64,000 bases of DNA from Actinomycetota bacterium (GTDB lineage: Bacteria; Actinomycetota; UBA4738; HRBIN12): positions 138,218-202,217 of the forward strand of contig JBBRWM010000004.1 in assembly GCA_038249195.1 (NCBI GenBank), read 5' to 3'. Below the pieces are notes generated by a model that was given only the letters and a program-made list of their open reading frames with translations, was not told the DNA's origin and ran no database searches. The translations under genes were made by a program, and so were the position numbers. Positions 20,216 to 32,264 of this stretch are shown here, in pieces (within the stretch, counting starts at the first letter, position 1; each line of letters starts with the position of its first letter).

Positions 20216-20623
20216 TCACGTGTCGGGTTCGGTCGCCTCCTGCAGCACCACGACCAGGTCCTGCAGGCCCGAGCCCTTGGCCAGGAAGCCGGAGGCGCCC
20301 GCCTCGCGCGCGGCACGCTCGACTCCGTCGTCCGCGTGCGCCGTGAGGATCACGACCGGCAGGCCCGGCTGCGTCTCGTGGATCTTCTTCATGGCATCGA
20401 TGCCGGACAGATCGGGCATGGACAGATCCATGAGTACCACGTCGGGCTGCAACTCCTGCGCGCCCTCGCACGCCGCCAAGCCGCTGCCGGCCTCGCCCGC
20501 GACCTCGATGTCGCCGACCAGGCGCAGGGCAGATGTCAGCGCCCGGCGGAAGGCAGGATGGTCGTCGACGACGAGCACGCGCAAGTCCTTGTCTCCTTCG
20601 ATCGACGTCGGGAGGCTCCGCAC
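20216..20623 (-). CDS. Single-domain response regulator (receiver only)
   Basis: The REC domain is 'LRVLVVDDHPAFRR...DVVLMDLSMPDLSGIDA...ILTAHAD'. No HTH domain follows before the stop. The start is proposed at a GTG preceded by 'GAGGAAGGA'. The long N-terminal extension shown in the track is probably not coding. Confidence 0.7.
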   Translation of the reverse strand: MRSLPTSIEGDKDLRVLVVDDHPAFRRALTSALRLVGDIEVAGEAGSGLAACEGAQELQPDVVLMDLSMPDLSGIDAMKKIHETQPGLPVVILTAHADDGVERAAREAGASGFLAKGSGLQDLVVVLQEATEPDT

Positions 20624-21071
20624 GGAGACCGTTCCTTCCTCGGATCGCCTCGGATCGCCGGTCACGACCTTCGATCGAAGCACGGGCTGAGCAATTGGAG
20701 AAGGTGGTTGATTCTGCGCCGCAACGTAGGTCGCGTGCAATCTGCCATCCGGGGGACTTTCGTTAGTCCTTCCGGAGGGCCTCCCCGGACTTTGGACCTC
20801 CCCCGTCTCGGGTTGACGAAGGACCTCGAAAAGGCCACTCCACCAGCTCATCCCCGGCCCCCGAACGTCCGAAGTACCCTGCAGGACGTTACGAGAGGGA
20901 GTCGCGAGATGCACGATCCGTTCGGGGGTTACGAAGGCCCGCGGGTATACTTGCCCCCGATGGGCGCTGCGGCCGGATACCGGGTGCGGCGCCCGAGGCA
21001 CCTCGAGGGTAGGACGTGGTCCGTTGATCCCCGAGGGCGGACATGCGGACGAAGGTCCGGAGGACGCTGAC

Positions 21072-23567
<2,496 letters not shown>

Positions 23568-23664
23568 TCGGCACGGATCGCCTCACGGCGGGTCCCGGCT
23601 CCACCCCGGTGCTCGGTTCGGGTTCCGACCTCTGTCCTCCGCTGACGGTGTCGTTCGACCCGCC

Positions 23665-24423
23665 TCAGATGCCCCGCAGCTCTTCCGGCACGAGGTCGGC
23701 GAACGTCCACCCGGTCCACAGGTCGGCCGCGATGTCCGCGAGCGGCACCTCGACACCGTGCCGCTCGAAGTAAGGGCCCATCCGCTCCAGGTCGCGCCGT
23801 AGGAAGGCCTCCGCGTGACGGTTCTTGCGCGGATCGACCGCCTGGGGGAGGTCGATCACCGTGAGGTGCCCCTCCCAGATGAGCACGTTGTACGGGGAGA
23901 GGTCGGCGTGCACGACGTCGTTGAACAGCATCAGCTCGACGGCGCGCAGCAGTTGCTCCAACAGGTCCTGGGCTTCCCCGCGATCGTGGGGGACGTAGGA
24001 CCGAAGCTGCGGTGCCGCGACGTCGAGGTCGCCGAGGTAGGACATCAGGATCGCATCGTCGGTGCGCTCGATGGGCACCGGCACCGGCACCGGTGCCGTT
24101 GCGGCGCTGAGCATCCGAAGGGTTTCCCACTCGCGGTTGACCCAGATGCCGCCCTGCACTTCACGGCCGAACGTGGTCTTCTTCTCCAGCGCGGAACGGA
24201 TGCGCCGCTCCTTGATCCACTCGCCGTCGCGGTAGAGGCCGTCGTCGCGGAAGTCCCGCCGGTTCAGCGGGTGGTACGCCTTCAAGGCCAGGAGATCGTG
24301 GCCCGTGGTGCGGCGGTTGGCGCGGCACAGGTGGACCGAAGCCTCCTTGCCGCGCTTGATCGGTCGGATGATCGATTCGATGAGCCCTTCATCGAGGAAG
24401 TGCTCGAACGCTGCATCGTGCAA
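23665..24423 (-). CDS. RIO-type serine protein kinase
   Basis: The catalytic loop 'VVHADLSPYNVLIWEGHLTVIDLPQAV' is present, with 'ASVHLC' and 'ALKAYH' in the ATP-binding region. The start is proposed at TTG preceded by 'GAAAGGAG'. Confidence 0.75.
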   Translation of the reverse strand: MHDAAFEHFLDEGLIESIIRPIKRGKEASVHLCRANRRTTGHDLLALKAYHPLNRRDFRDDGLYRDGEWIKERRIRSALEKKTTFGREVQGGIWVNREWETLRMLSAATAPVPVPVPIERTDDAILMSYLGDLDVAAPQLRSYVPHDRGEAQDLLEQLLRAVELMLFNDVVHADLSPYNVLIWEGHLTVIDLPQAVDPRKNRHAEAFLRRDLERMGPYFERHGVEVPLADIAADLWTGWTFADLVPEELRGI

Positions 24424-24686
24424 CGTGGTGCTCCTTTCGGGTCGTGGGCATGCAGAGACCACGTCCCCGAAGGAGTTCGAACGACGCCGGCGGATGGCGG
24501 AGTGTTCTACCGCTGGGGCGTGACGGACAGCGAGGGACGCGGCGCGCGCGCGATGTCGAGTACCGAGATGGCGGCCATACCTCATCCCTCCTTCCGGTCG
24601 TCGTGGCGCACGGAACGCGCGCCTTCTGACGAGCATAGTCGCTCACGACCTGCCCGCAACGCGTCGGGGCTGAGGGCCCCTCCGGC

Positions 24687-26078
24687 ATGTCACTTACCGA
24701 CGCTAGGGTCTCGCGTATGGCGAGACCGAGGGTCCAGTTCGCGTGCAGCTCGTGCGAGCAGCCTGCTTCGCAATGGTCGGGGCGGTGCCCAGGGTGCGGA
24801 GCGTGGGGCACCCTGCACGAGCGCGCGCGCTCCGCTCCCGCACGTGGGGCGTCCCCATCGCCATCGGTCCCGCTGATCGGTCTCGGCGCTGCCCCCGAGG
24901 CCGATCAGCGAGTCTCCACGGGGCACGAGGGCATCGACCGGGTGCTGGGCGGCGGTCTGGTGCCGGGATCCGTCGCGCTTCTCGCCGGCGAGCCGGGGAT
25001 CGGCAAGTCCACGTTGCTCCTGCAGCTCATCGCCGCGCTCTCCTCGGCGGGTCGGCCCTGCCTCCTGGTCTCCGGCGAGGAGTCGCGGGGCCAGGTCGCC
25101 GCGCGGGCCCGTCGGCTGGGCATCGCGGACGCGTCCATCGCGTTCGGCCCAGGGCGGGATCTCGAGACGGTGCTCGCCACCGCCCGGGCGACGCGACCCT
25201 TCCTGCTGGCGGTCGATTCCATCCAGACGATCCGCGATCCTTCGGGGACCCAAGTTCCGGGCGGCGTCGCCCAGGTCCGCCTCTGTACGGACGCCCTCCT
25301 CGGGCTCGCCAAGAGCGAGGGCATCGCCGTCGTGCTCACCGGCCACGTCACCAAAGAGGGTGACCTGGCCGGTCCCCGCGCGCTCGAGCACGCGGTGGAC
25401 GTGGTGCTCGCCTTCGATGGCGATCCCAGGTCCGGTCTCCGCGTGCTCACCGGCGGGAAGAACCGGTTCGGGGCCGAGGGCGAGTCGACGTGGTTCGAGA
25501 TGGATGCGCGCGGATTGCGGGAGATCGATCCCACCGACCTGTTGGTGTCGGGCGAGCACCTGCCCGGCGCCGCCACGGCCCTTCCGCGATCCGGTCGTCG
25601 AGCCCTCGCGGTGGAGGTGCAGGCCCTGGTCGGGGCGTGTGAGGGGCCCGCCCGCCGTCAGGTGAGCGGGCTCGACGCCCGACGGTTCCAGTTGGTGGCC
25701 GCGGTTCTCGAGCGCGCGGCCGGTATCGCCATCGGTCGATGTGAGCTCTTCGGGGCCTCGTCGGGCGGCGTGAAGATGGACGACCCCGCCGGGGATCTCG
25801 CGGTCGCCGCCGCCCTCGCCTCTGCCGCCACTCAGGCCACGCCGCCGGTCGGCTCAGCGTTCGTTGGTGAGGTGGCTCTCACGGGTCTCGTTCGGCCGGC
25901 GCCCGGAATGGCTCAGCGGCTCGCCGCAGCGCGCGCAGCCGGTTGCTCGACCGTATTTGCCCCCGCCTCCGAGGCCGATATCGCGCCTGAAGGCGTGAGG
26001 CTCGTCCCCGTCCGAACGCTGGTCGACGCGCTCTCCTGGGCCCTCCCACCTGCTGGAACGCGCCGTCGAACGGCCTGA
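24687..26078 (+). CDS. radA: DNA repair protein RadA/Sms
   Basis: The N-terminal zinc finger is 'CSSCEQPASQWSGRCPGCGAWGTL'. The RecA-like Walker A is 'AGEPGIGKSTLLLQ'. A KNRFG motif and a Lon-like C-terminal domain follow. Confidence 0.9.
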   Translation: MSLTDARVSRMARPRVQFACSSCEQPASQWSGRCPGCGAWGTLHERARSAPARGASPSPSVPLIGLGAAPEADQRVSTGHEGIDRVLGGGLVPGSVALLAGEPGIGKSTLLLQLIAALSSAGRPCLLVSGEESRGQVAARARRLGIADASIAFGPGRDLETVLATARATRPFLLAVDSIQTIRDPSGTQVPGGVAQVRLCTDALLGLAKSEGIAVVLTGHVTKEGDLAGPRALEHAVDVVLAFDGDPRSGLRVLTGGKNRFGAEGESTWFEMDARGLREIDPTDLLVSGEHLPGAATALPRSGRRALAVEVQALVGACEGPARRQVSGLDARRFQLVAAVLERAAGIAIGRCELFGASSGGVKMDDPAGDLAVAAALASAATQATPPVGSAFVGEVALTGLVRPAPGMAQRLAAARAAGCSTVFAPASEADIAPEGVRLVPVRTLVDALSWALPPAGTRRRTA

Positions 26079-26232
26079 CGGACGCCATGGGACCTAGTTC
26101 GGATGAGCCATGTCCGTGAGAGGATTAGCCCTCTGACCTGCGGTTTTGGGTTGCGCCGCAAGGCGGGTCCGTGCTAGCCTCGTAAGGAGCGCATCTCCGT
26201 CGGCGCACCCCGCAGGTCTCCAGGGAGGTCCC

Positions 26233-26742
26233 GTGTTCCGCAAGGGCGATACCGTCGTGCATCCCGAACATGGTGCTGCCGTCATCGAAGAGCTCCGCGA
26301 GAAGGAATTCCTGGGCGAGAAGCGCACGTACCTGGTCTTACGGGTCGCCTACGGGGACCTCACGCTCATGATCCCCACGGACTCCACGGATCAGGTCGGG
26401 CTGCGCTCGGTCGTGAGCAAGGCCGAGGTCAAGAAGGTGCTCAAGGTGCTGACGGAGGAAGAGTCCTCCATGGCCGCCAACTGGTCGCGCCGCTTCAAGA
26501 ACAACATGGAGAAGCTGCATTCGGGCGACCCGTACCAGGTGGCCGAGGTTCTGCGGAACCTCTCGATCCGCGATCGCGAGAAGGGGCTGTCGGCCGGCGA
26601 GAAGCGCATGATCACCAAGGCGCGCCAGATCTTGATCTCGGAGCTTTCCCACGCCACCGGCAAGTCCGAGGAGGACGCCGAACTCATGATCGATGAGGTC
26701 CTCGATGACGCGCATGGCGCCAAGGTCGTGGCCGAGGCCTAG
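26233..26742 (+). CDS. carD: CarD-family RNA polymerase-binding transcriptional regulator
   Basis: The N-terminus 'FRKGDTVVHPEHGAAVIEELREKEFLGEKRTYLVLRV' is typical of CarD/CdnL. The GTG start is preceded by 'GGGAGG'. Confidence 0.85.
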   Translation: MFRKGDTVVHPEHGAAVIEELREKEFLGEKRTYLVLRVAYGDLTLMIPTDSTDQVGLRSVVSKAEVKKVLKVLTEEESSMAANWSRRFKNNMEKLHSGDPYQVAEVLRNLSIRDREKGLSAGEKRMITKARQILISELSHATGKSEEDAELMIDEVLDDAHGAKVVAEA

Positions 26743-26776
26743 GCCGGCGGCGCCCTTCCCTTCCCTTGCTTCGGTT

Positions 26777-26792
26777 CTGAGGACGCCCTCAG
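26777..26792 (+). terminator. Possible terminator hairpin after carD (CTGAGG-ACGC-CCTCAG)
   Basis: A perfect 6-bp stem with a 4-nt loop lies 35 nt after the carD stop. There is no U-tract, so support is weak. Confidence 0.25.
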
Positions 26793-26888
26793 GGTCCCGC
26801 TGGCGTGCGCCGATGACCCATCCGTAGGGGTTGCCGCGTTCCGAGAGAACGTGGCCGCCCCGGTACTCGTCGGAAGGGTGAGCCGGGG

Positions 26889-27968
26889 ATGAGCGAGCGG
26901 GAACGCCGCGCGGGCGCGATACGTGGCCGCCTGGTCGAGGGCGTGCGCTTGATCTTCATCGCCCTACTCGCGACCGCCGGCTACCAGATCGGCGCTTCCT
27001 ACGCGGCTGAAAGCACGAGCCGGGCGCTGATGTTCATCTTCCTCGGGGCCGCCATCGGCTTCGTGATCGGCGGTGTGGTGGGCCGACTCACCCTGCGGGC
27101 GGTCAGCGGCATGGAGAAGGAACTTCGCCGCAAACCGGCTCCGCAGCTTGCGGGGGGGGTCGTCGGGCTCGTGATCGGCTTGATCATCGGCGTGTTGATG
27201 ATGATCCCTCTGCTGTTCGTGCCCCCCGGCTTCGCCTGGCCCGCGATCGTCTTCTTGTACCTGGTCCTCGGCTCGCTGGGATTCCGCCTGGGCGAGGCCC
27301 GCTACGAAGATATCTTCGCCTTGGTGGGCATGAAGCCGCAGGCGTCCGCGGCTTCGGCACGCGGCGACCTGCATGTGCTCGACACGAGCGCCCTGATCGA
27401 CGGCCGGGTGGCCGACCTGGTGGCCACGGGCTTCGTGAGCGGCACCATCTTGCTGCACGACGGCGTCCTGCGCGAGCTCCAGGCGATCAGCGATTCGTCC
27501 GACCCCCGGCGCCGGACGCGGGGCCGGCGCGGCCTCGACGTTCTAGTGGAACTGCAGAAGGCCCCCACCGTGCAGTTCCAGCTGATCGAGGAGAACGGCG
27601 TCATCGACGTGGATGCGGCATTGGTGCGGCTCGCGCGCGAACGCGGCGCCTCGTTGATCACCGTCGATCACAACCTCGCGAAGATCGCCGAGGCGCTCCG
27701 TGTTCCCGTGGCCCAGATCAACGCGCTCGCGTCGAAGTTCCGGGTGCCGTACACGGCCGGGGATGAGATCACCGTCCGCCTCGTCAAGGAAGGGCGGGAG
27801 CACGGGCAGGGCGTGGGCTACATGGAGGACGGCACCATGGTGGTTGTGGAGCGCGCCGACCAGCACATCGGCACCTCGGTTGAGATCCGGGTCACGAACG
27901 TGATCCAGACCACGACCGGCCGGATGGTGTTCGCCGCCCTCGCGGCCGAGGCCGCCGTCGAGGCCTGA
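26889..27968 (+). CDS. Membrane-anchored PIN + TRAM domain protein (YacL-like)
   Basis: N-terminal TM helices are followed by a PIN domain 'LHVLDTSALIDGRVADLV' and a C-terminal TRAM-like beta domain 'GDEITVRLVKEGREHGQGVGYMEDGTMVVVE'. It lies directly upstream of ispD-ispF, as yacL does in Bacillus. Confidence 0.8.
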   Translation: MSERERRAGAIRGRLVEGVRLIFIALLATAGYQIGASYAAESTSRALMFIFLGAAIGFVIGGVVGRLTLRAVSGMEKELRRKPAPQLAGGVVGLVIGLIIGVLMMIPLLFVPPGFAWPAIVFLYLVLGSLGFRLGEARYEDIFALVGMKPQASAASARGDLHVLDTSALIDGRVADLVATGFVSGTILLHDGVLRELQAISDSSDPRRRTRGRRGLDVLVELQKAPTVQFQLIEENGVIDVDAALVRLARERGASLITVDHNLAKIAEALRVPVAQINALASKFRVPYTAGDEITVRLVKEGREHGQGVGYMEDGTMVVVERADQHIGTSVEIRVTNVIQTTTGRMVFAALAAEAAVEA

Positions 27969-28007
27969 CGCGTCACCTGCCGAGCGGCCGTCTGCCATGC
28001 TTGGGCC

Positions 28008-28703
28008 ATGGCACCCGCATCTCGATCGGCAGCGATCATCCTGGCGGCCGGCGCCGGGCGCCGGCTGGGGGCCGACGATCCGAAGGCGTTCGTGACGATC
28101 GGCGATCGGCCCGTGCTGGCCGTGGCCGCCGCCGCCGCGGCCATCTCCGACGCGGTCACCGAACTCGTCGTGACGGCGCCACCCGGCCTGGAGCATCGCG
28201 CGGCGGGCTGCGTGGAGTTCTTGGGGAAGCCGGTCGTGGTGGTCCCGGGTGGCGAAACGCGGCAAGCCTCGGTCCGCGCCGCCCTGGCCGCGCTCGATGA
28301 GGCGATCGACGTGGTGGCTGTGCACGACGCGGCGCGCCCCTTCGCCCCACCCGACCTGTTCACGGCCGTGATCCGGGCCGTGCGCGCCGGCGCCGCGGGC
28401 GCGATCCCGGTGATCCCGGTTGCCGACACCGTCAAGCGCGTGCACGACGGGGTAGTCGTGACGACGGTCGACCGCGAGGAGCTCGTGCTCGCGCAAACGC
28501 CGCAGGCCTTCCGTGCAGATCTGCTGCGAGAGGCGCATCAGCAGGCGGAGGCCTCGGGTCTCGGGGTGACCGATGACGCCTCGCTGTTGGAACTGGCCGG
28601 CGGGACCGTGCGCGCCGTCCCGGGCGACCCGCAGAACTTCAAGATCACCACGCTCCTGGATCTCGCGCATGCCGAAACCCGGATCGGTGGCGCCCGTGGG
28701 TGA
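28008..28703 (+). CDS. ispD: 2-C-methyl-D-erythritol 4-phosphate cytidylyltransferase
   Basis: The N-terminal motif 'AIILAAGAGRRLG' is typical of IspD. Confidence 0.9.
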   Translation: MAPASRSAAIILAAGAGRRLGADDPKAFVTIGDRPVLAVAAAAAAISDAVTELVVTAPPGLEHRAAGCVEFLGKPVVVVPGGETRQASVRAALAALDEAIDVVAVHDAARPFAPPDLFTAVIRAVRAGAAGAIPVIPVADTVKRVHDGVVVTTVDREELVLAQTPQAFRADLLREAHQQAEASGLGVTDDASLLELAGGTVRAVPGDPQNFKITTLLDLAHAETRIGGARG

Positions 28704-29169
28704 GGCCCCGCGCGTGGGGCTGGGGTTCGATGTTCACCCGTGGGACGCCGAACGGCCGCTGTGGCTCGGAGGGCTTCGGTTCGACGGCGAAGAGGGCCTC
28801 GCCGGGCACTCGGACGGGGACGCCGTGTGTCACGCTCTCGCGGACGCGATCTTGGGCGCGGCCACGCTGGGCGACGTCGGTGAGCACTTCCCCGATACGG
28901 ATCCGGCCGCGGAGGGGATCTCGGGCTCGGATATGCTCGCGAGGGTTGTGGATGTCGCCGGGGCGGCCGGTTTGGCACCGTCGTCATGCGACGTCACGGT
29001 GATCGCGGATCGTCCCATGATCGGGCCAAGGCGAACCGCGATGCGAGAGCGGTTGGGTGGTGTGCTGGGCCTGCCGGTGGAGCGTGTCTCCGTGAAGGCG
29101 ACGAGGCCGGAGGGACTTGGCCTGTCGGGCGACGGCGTGGGATGCATGGCCGTCGTCGTCCTGACGTGA
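28696..29169 (+). CDS. ispF: 2-C-methyl-D-erythritol 2,4-cyclodiphosphate synthase
   Basis: The IspF motif 'RVGLGFDVHPW...GHSDGDAVCHALADAILGA' is present. The GTG start overlaps the ispD stop (GTGGGTGA) in a different frame. Confidence 0.9.
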   Translation: MGEAPRVGLGFDVHPWDAERPLWLGGLRFDGEEGLAGHSDGDAVCHALADAILGAATLGDVGEHFPDTDPAAEGISGSDMLARVVDVAGAAGLAPSSCDVTVIADRPMIGPRRTAMRERLGGVLGLPVERVSVKATRPEGLGLSGDGVGCMAVVVLT

Positions 29170-29990
29170 CGCCGGACCGTTCGAGGCCCCGCCGGCCCAC
29201 CTCGCACCGAACCGATGCGGGCACGGTGGGCGGGCGACGTGCCGTCACCGAGGCGATCCGCGCAGGCGCCGCGAAGGAGGTGCTGATGACGGAGCCGGCG
29301 AAGACCACGCAGGGCTCGCGAGCGCTCCTGCAGGCCGCCGCGGCGGCCCAGGTTCCCGTGCGCGTCGTCGGGCGGGAGCGGCTCGACGCCCTCGCGGACG
29401 ATCATCAGGGCGTCGTGGCTCGCCTCCGCGCCGCCGCCGCCGTGGCGGCCGCGCGCGAACTGACGGAACGCGACCTCGCGGGGTTCCCCTTCGGCCCCGA
29501 TGCGATCGTCGTGATCCTCGATGGGGTGACGGACCCCCAGAACCTCGGCGCCGCCGGGCGCTCGGCCGAGGCCGCCGGTGCCGCCATGCTCGTGACGCGG
29601 ACCCGCCGCGCCGCGGGTGTCACCGACGCCGCCGTGCGCGCATCGGCCGGCGCCCTGATGCACCTGCCTCACGCGAGGGTCGCGAACATCCCGCGCGCGA
29701 TCGAGCGCCTCCAGGCGTCCGGGTTCTGGGTGGTGGGGCTCGACGCGGATGCGGTCGACACGATCTACGCGGCGTCCTGCCCCGACGGCCGCGTGGCCGT
29801 GGTGATCGGCAGCGAAGACGAGGGAATGGCGCGACTCACCCGAGAACGCTGTGACGCCCTCGTCTCGCTTCCGGTCCAGGGACGCGTCGCGTCGCTGAAT
29901 GCCGCGGCCTCGCTCGCCGCTACCCTCTACGGATTCGTCCTGGCCTCGCCCGGCCGGGCCGGGCGCCTTCGCGCCAGGGAGCCGGAGTAA
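29166..29990 (+). CDS. TrmH/SpoU-family rRNA 2'-O-methyltransferase (RlmB-like)
   Basis: SpoU motifs 'VILDGVTDPQNLGAAGRSAEAAG' and 'VIGSEDEGM' are present. The GTG start overlaps the ispF stop (GTGA). Confidence 0.85.
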   Translation: MTPDRSRPRRPTSHRTDAGTVGGRRAVTEAIRAGAAKEVLMTEPAKTTQGSRALLQAAAAAQVPVRVVGRERLDALADDHQGVVARLRAAAAVAAARELTERDLAGFPFGPDAIVVILDGVTDPQNLGAAGRSAEAAGAAMLVTRTRRAAGVTDAAVRASAGALMHLPHARVANIPRAIERLQASGFWVVGLDADAVDTIYAASCPDGRVAVVIGSEDEGMARLTRERCDALVSLPVQGRVASLNAAASLAATLYGFVLASPGRAGRLRAREPE

Positions 29991-30000
29991 ACTCGCCGCG

Positions 30001-30074
30001 GCCGGCGTGGCGCAGTCTGGTAGCGCAAGCGATTTGTAATCGCTAGGTCGTCGGTTCGAATCCGACCGCCGGCT
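30001..30074 (+). tRNA. tRNA-Thr (anticodon TGT)
   Basis: Cloverleaf read by hand. The acceptor GCCGGCG pairs with CGCCGGC. D-arm is GCGC...GCGC. The anticodon stem is AGCGA/TCGCT with loop TTTGTAA (anticodon UGU). T-arm is GTCGG TTCGAAT CCGAC. Confidence 0.9.
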
Positions 30075-30083
30075 CCGTGTAGT

Positions 30084-30118
30084 CATCGGGTGGATGTCCT
30101 CGATGACGACCGGAACCA
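30084..30118. repeat. Direct repeat copy 1 (catcgggtggatgtcctcgatgacgaccggaacca); the partner is at 32229..32264
   Basis: The two copies are about 90% identical and 35-36 bp long. Together they bracket the LipJ-like paralog array. Confidence 0.5.
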
Positions 30119-30156
30119 CATGTCGAAGAGGTCGGACTCGTCCGGATCCCAACGGC

Positions 30157-31515
30157 TCAGGCCGTCTCGCTCACCACCCCGTACAGGTGCCAGCGGTCGG
30201 GGACACCCTTGAGCTCATGCTCCCCGGCGTCGTCGAACGCGAGGCCTGAGCCGGCGACGAGATTCTTGACCGTCGAGGAAACGAGGACCTGCGAGGGCTC
30301 CGCGAGCCCTGCGACGCGAGCACCGACATGTACCGCCAAGCCTTGCACGTCTTCGTCGGCAAGCTCGACCTCGCCCGTGTGGCATCCGGCGCGCACTTCG
30401 AGTCCGAGGTCACGAACGCAGCGGACGATCGCTTGTGCGCATCGCACCGCGCGCGCCGGTCCATCGAAGGTGGCCAAGAGCCCGTCGCCGGTTGTGTGGA
30501 CATAGGTGCCTCGGTAGCGTTCGATCTCGGACTTCGCTCGGCTCGTATGCGCGGCCAGGACCTCCTTCCACGCAGCGTCGCCGATGGCAGCAGCCCGCTC
30601 GGTCGATCCGACGATATCGGTGAACAAGACCGTCAGGAGGATCCGATCGGGCGGTCGAGCGGCGGGACGTCCCGTGACGAACGCCTCGATCGCATCGGCC
30701 ACAGCGTCGACGGGACCGAGGTACTCAGGCGTGTCGTGCCCGGGAAGCTCGATGAGCGTTCCAGCCGGCACCCGATCGGCGACGTACCGAGAGACACCGA
30801 AGGACTCGCCCGGGTCATCCGCCCGATGAAGGACGAGCGTGGGGACGCGGATCGTCGACAGGATCGGTCGGATGTCGGTGGCCCTGTACAAGGACATCAG
30901 GGCGGCAGCACCCGTTGGGCTCGCAGCCATCTGGGTCAGCTGCAGCCCCCAGTCGAACGCATGCTCATCCCCCAGGACACTGGGGGCGGACTCGACCAGG
31001 TTCTTCCTGAACCACTCGCGGGTTCCCCAGCCGATCGCGACGCCATCGATGTACTTGTCCCACTCCTCGTCGGTCCAGCCGAACGGGTAGTCCTCGGTGG
31101 CAAGGCCACCGGGATTCATCGCGTACAGGATCAGCGCACGGGTCCGCTCGGGATGGGAGGCCGCGAACAGCGCCGCCTGATGGCCGCCTTCCTGGAAACC
31201 CGCGATCACGGCGTCCGTCGATCCCACCTCGTTCAACACGGCGGTGAGATCCTCCACGAGCACCTCGAGCGAGGGGAGGTCGCCCGGTGAGAATCGATCC
31301 GACAGTCCGACTCCTCGCCGGTCCACCACGATGAGTCGAGCGAACGACGCGATCCGACGCAAGAGATGTGCCCAGGGTGGGTAATGCCACATCCACACGA
31401 GATGGGAAACGAATCCCTCGAGGTACACGAGGTCCACAGGACCGTCGCCGACGACCTGATAGGCGATGATGGCCCCATCCGTAGCCTTCGCGTATCGAAC
31501 TTCAGGAACCTTCAC
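30157..31515 (-). CDS. Alpha/beta-hydrolase + class III adenylate/guanylate cyclase fusion protein (LipJ-like)
   Basis: The N-terminus carries an alpha/beta-hydrolase fold. The C-terminal cyclase homology domain is 'LTVLFTDIVGSTERAAAIGDAAWKEVLAAH...GTYVHTTGDGLLATF'. The GTG start is preceded by 'GGAAGGA'. Confidence 0.85.
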   Translation of the reverse strand: MKVPEVRYAKATDGAIIAYQVVGDGPVDLVYLEGFVSHLVWMWHYPPWAHLLRRIASFARLIVVDRRGVGLSDRFSPGDLPSLEVLVEDLTAVLNEVGSTDAVIAGFQEGGHQAALFAASHPERTRALILYAMNPGGLATEDYPFGWTDEEWDKYIDGVAIGWGTREWFRKNLVESAPSVLGDEHAFDWGLQLTQMAASPTGAAALMSLYRATDIRPILSTIRVPTLVLHRADDPGESFGVSRYVADRVPAGTLIELPGHDTPEYLGPVDAVADAIEAFVTGRPAARPPDRILLTVLFTDIVGSTERAAAIGDAAWKEVLAAHTSRAKSEIERYRGTYVHTTGDGLLATFDGPARAVRCAQAIVRCVRDLGLEVRAGCHTGEVELADEDVQGLAVHVGARVAGLAEPSQVLVSSTVKNLVAGSGLAFDDAGEHELKGVPDRWHLYGVVSETA

Positions 31516-31639
31516 CCTCGAATCCTTCCCCTAGGAGGGTCGCGCTGCAACCGAGCTCCCCACCATCTGCGACCCGTAGAGTTGAGAGATCAGGGTCGAG
31601 TCGCAACCAGACCGTATGTCACAAGGATGATGGTCAACC

Positions 31640-32170
31640 CGTCTCACTCATCACCTTGTACAGGTGCCAGCGGTCGGGCACGCCCTTCAGCCCGTGTTCA
31701 CCGGGCGTCCTCGAACGCGAACCCACAACCTGCGACGAGATCCTTGACCGTGGACGACACGAGGGCCTCGGACGCAGCCGCACGGTTCGATCTCATCCGT
31801 GATGTGCTCCTGATCCTTGTAAGGGAGGCGATCCTCGCCCGGGAGTTGCACGTACTCGGCGCCGAGGATGGGTTCGGCGAAGTAGCGGTTGTCGTTGGGC
31901 ATGTCCCCGGCGCGATAAATGATCAGTCGTGGGAACGTGGATCGCCGGCAGGATGGCTCGGACGTCGTTTCCGCCAGCGAACTTGATCAGCCGGAGAACG
32001 GCCAGCGTCATGAGCAGGCGCTCTTTGAGGGATCTCCCACCCCTACTCGATGTGAGAGGACCACGGCTTGAGGTAGACCATGTCCACGGGTGCGTCGCCG
32101 ACGACCTGGTGCGCGATGTGCACCCCGTCTACGGTCTTCGCGTACCGGGTCTCCGGGATCTCCTCCGGCA
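31640..32170 (-). pseudogene. Decayed paralog of the adjacent LipJ-like hydrolase-cyclase gene, with an internal deletion and frameshifts
   Basis: The N-terminal fragment 'MPEEIPETRYAKTVDGVHIAHQVVGDAPVDMVYL' matches 'MKVPEVRYAKATDGAIIAYQVVGDGPVDLVYL' of the intact copy and is followed by a stop. Downstream pieces match in shifting frames ('DVRAILPAIHVPT', 'IYRAGDMPNDNRYFAEPILGAEYVQLPGED'). The C-terminal remnant 'ALVSSTVKDLVAG' is also recognisable. At 31640-31700 the DNA is ~80% identical to the 3' end of the intact gene. Confidence 0.6.
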
Positions 32171-32228
32171 TCCTGACCTTCCCCACCCACCCGGCGGCAA
32201 GGGCTGAGGCCCGCGACGCCGAGAAGTC

Positions 32229-32264
32229 CATCGGGTGGACGTCCTCGACCGACGACCGGAACCA
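32229..32264. repeat. Direct repeat copy 2 (catcgggtggacgtcctcgaccgacgaccggaacca)
   Basis: This is the partner of 30084..30118. Confidence 0.5.

Noticed and set aside
24424-24686. Possible LexA/SOS box upstream of radA (TCGAAC at ~24476)
   Set aside because: Only a half-site-like hexamer is present (GTTCGAAC). The full TCGAAC-N4-GTTCGA arrangement is absent.
28830-30152. 440-aa minus-strand ORF spanning rlmB and the tRNA-Thr(TGT) gene
   Set aside because: It reads through a tRNA gene and is antisense to rlmB. This is an artefact, although its 5' end includes the 36-bp repeat discussed in the findings.
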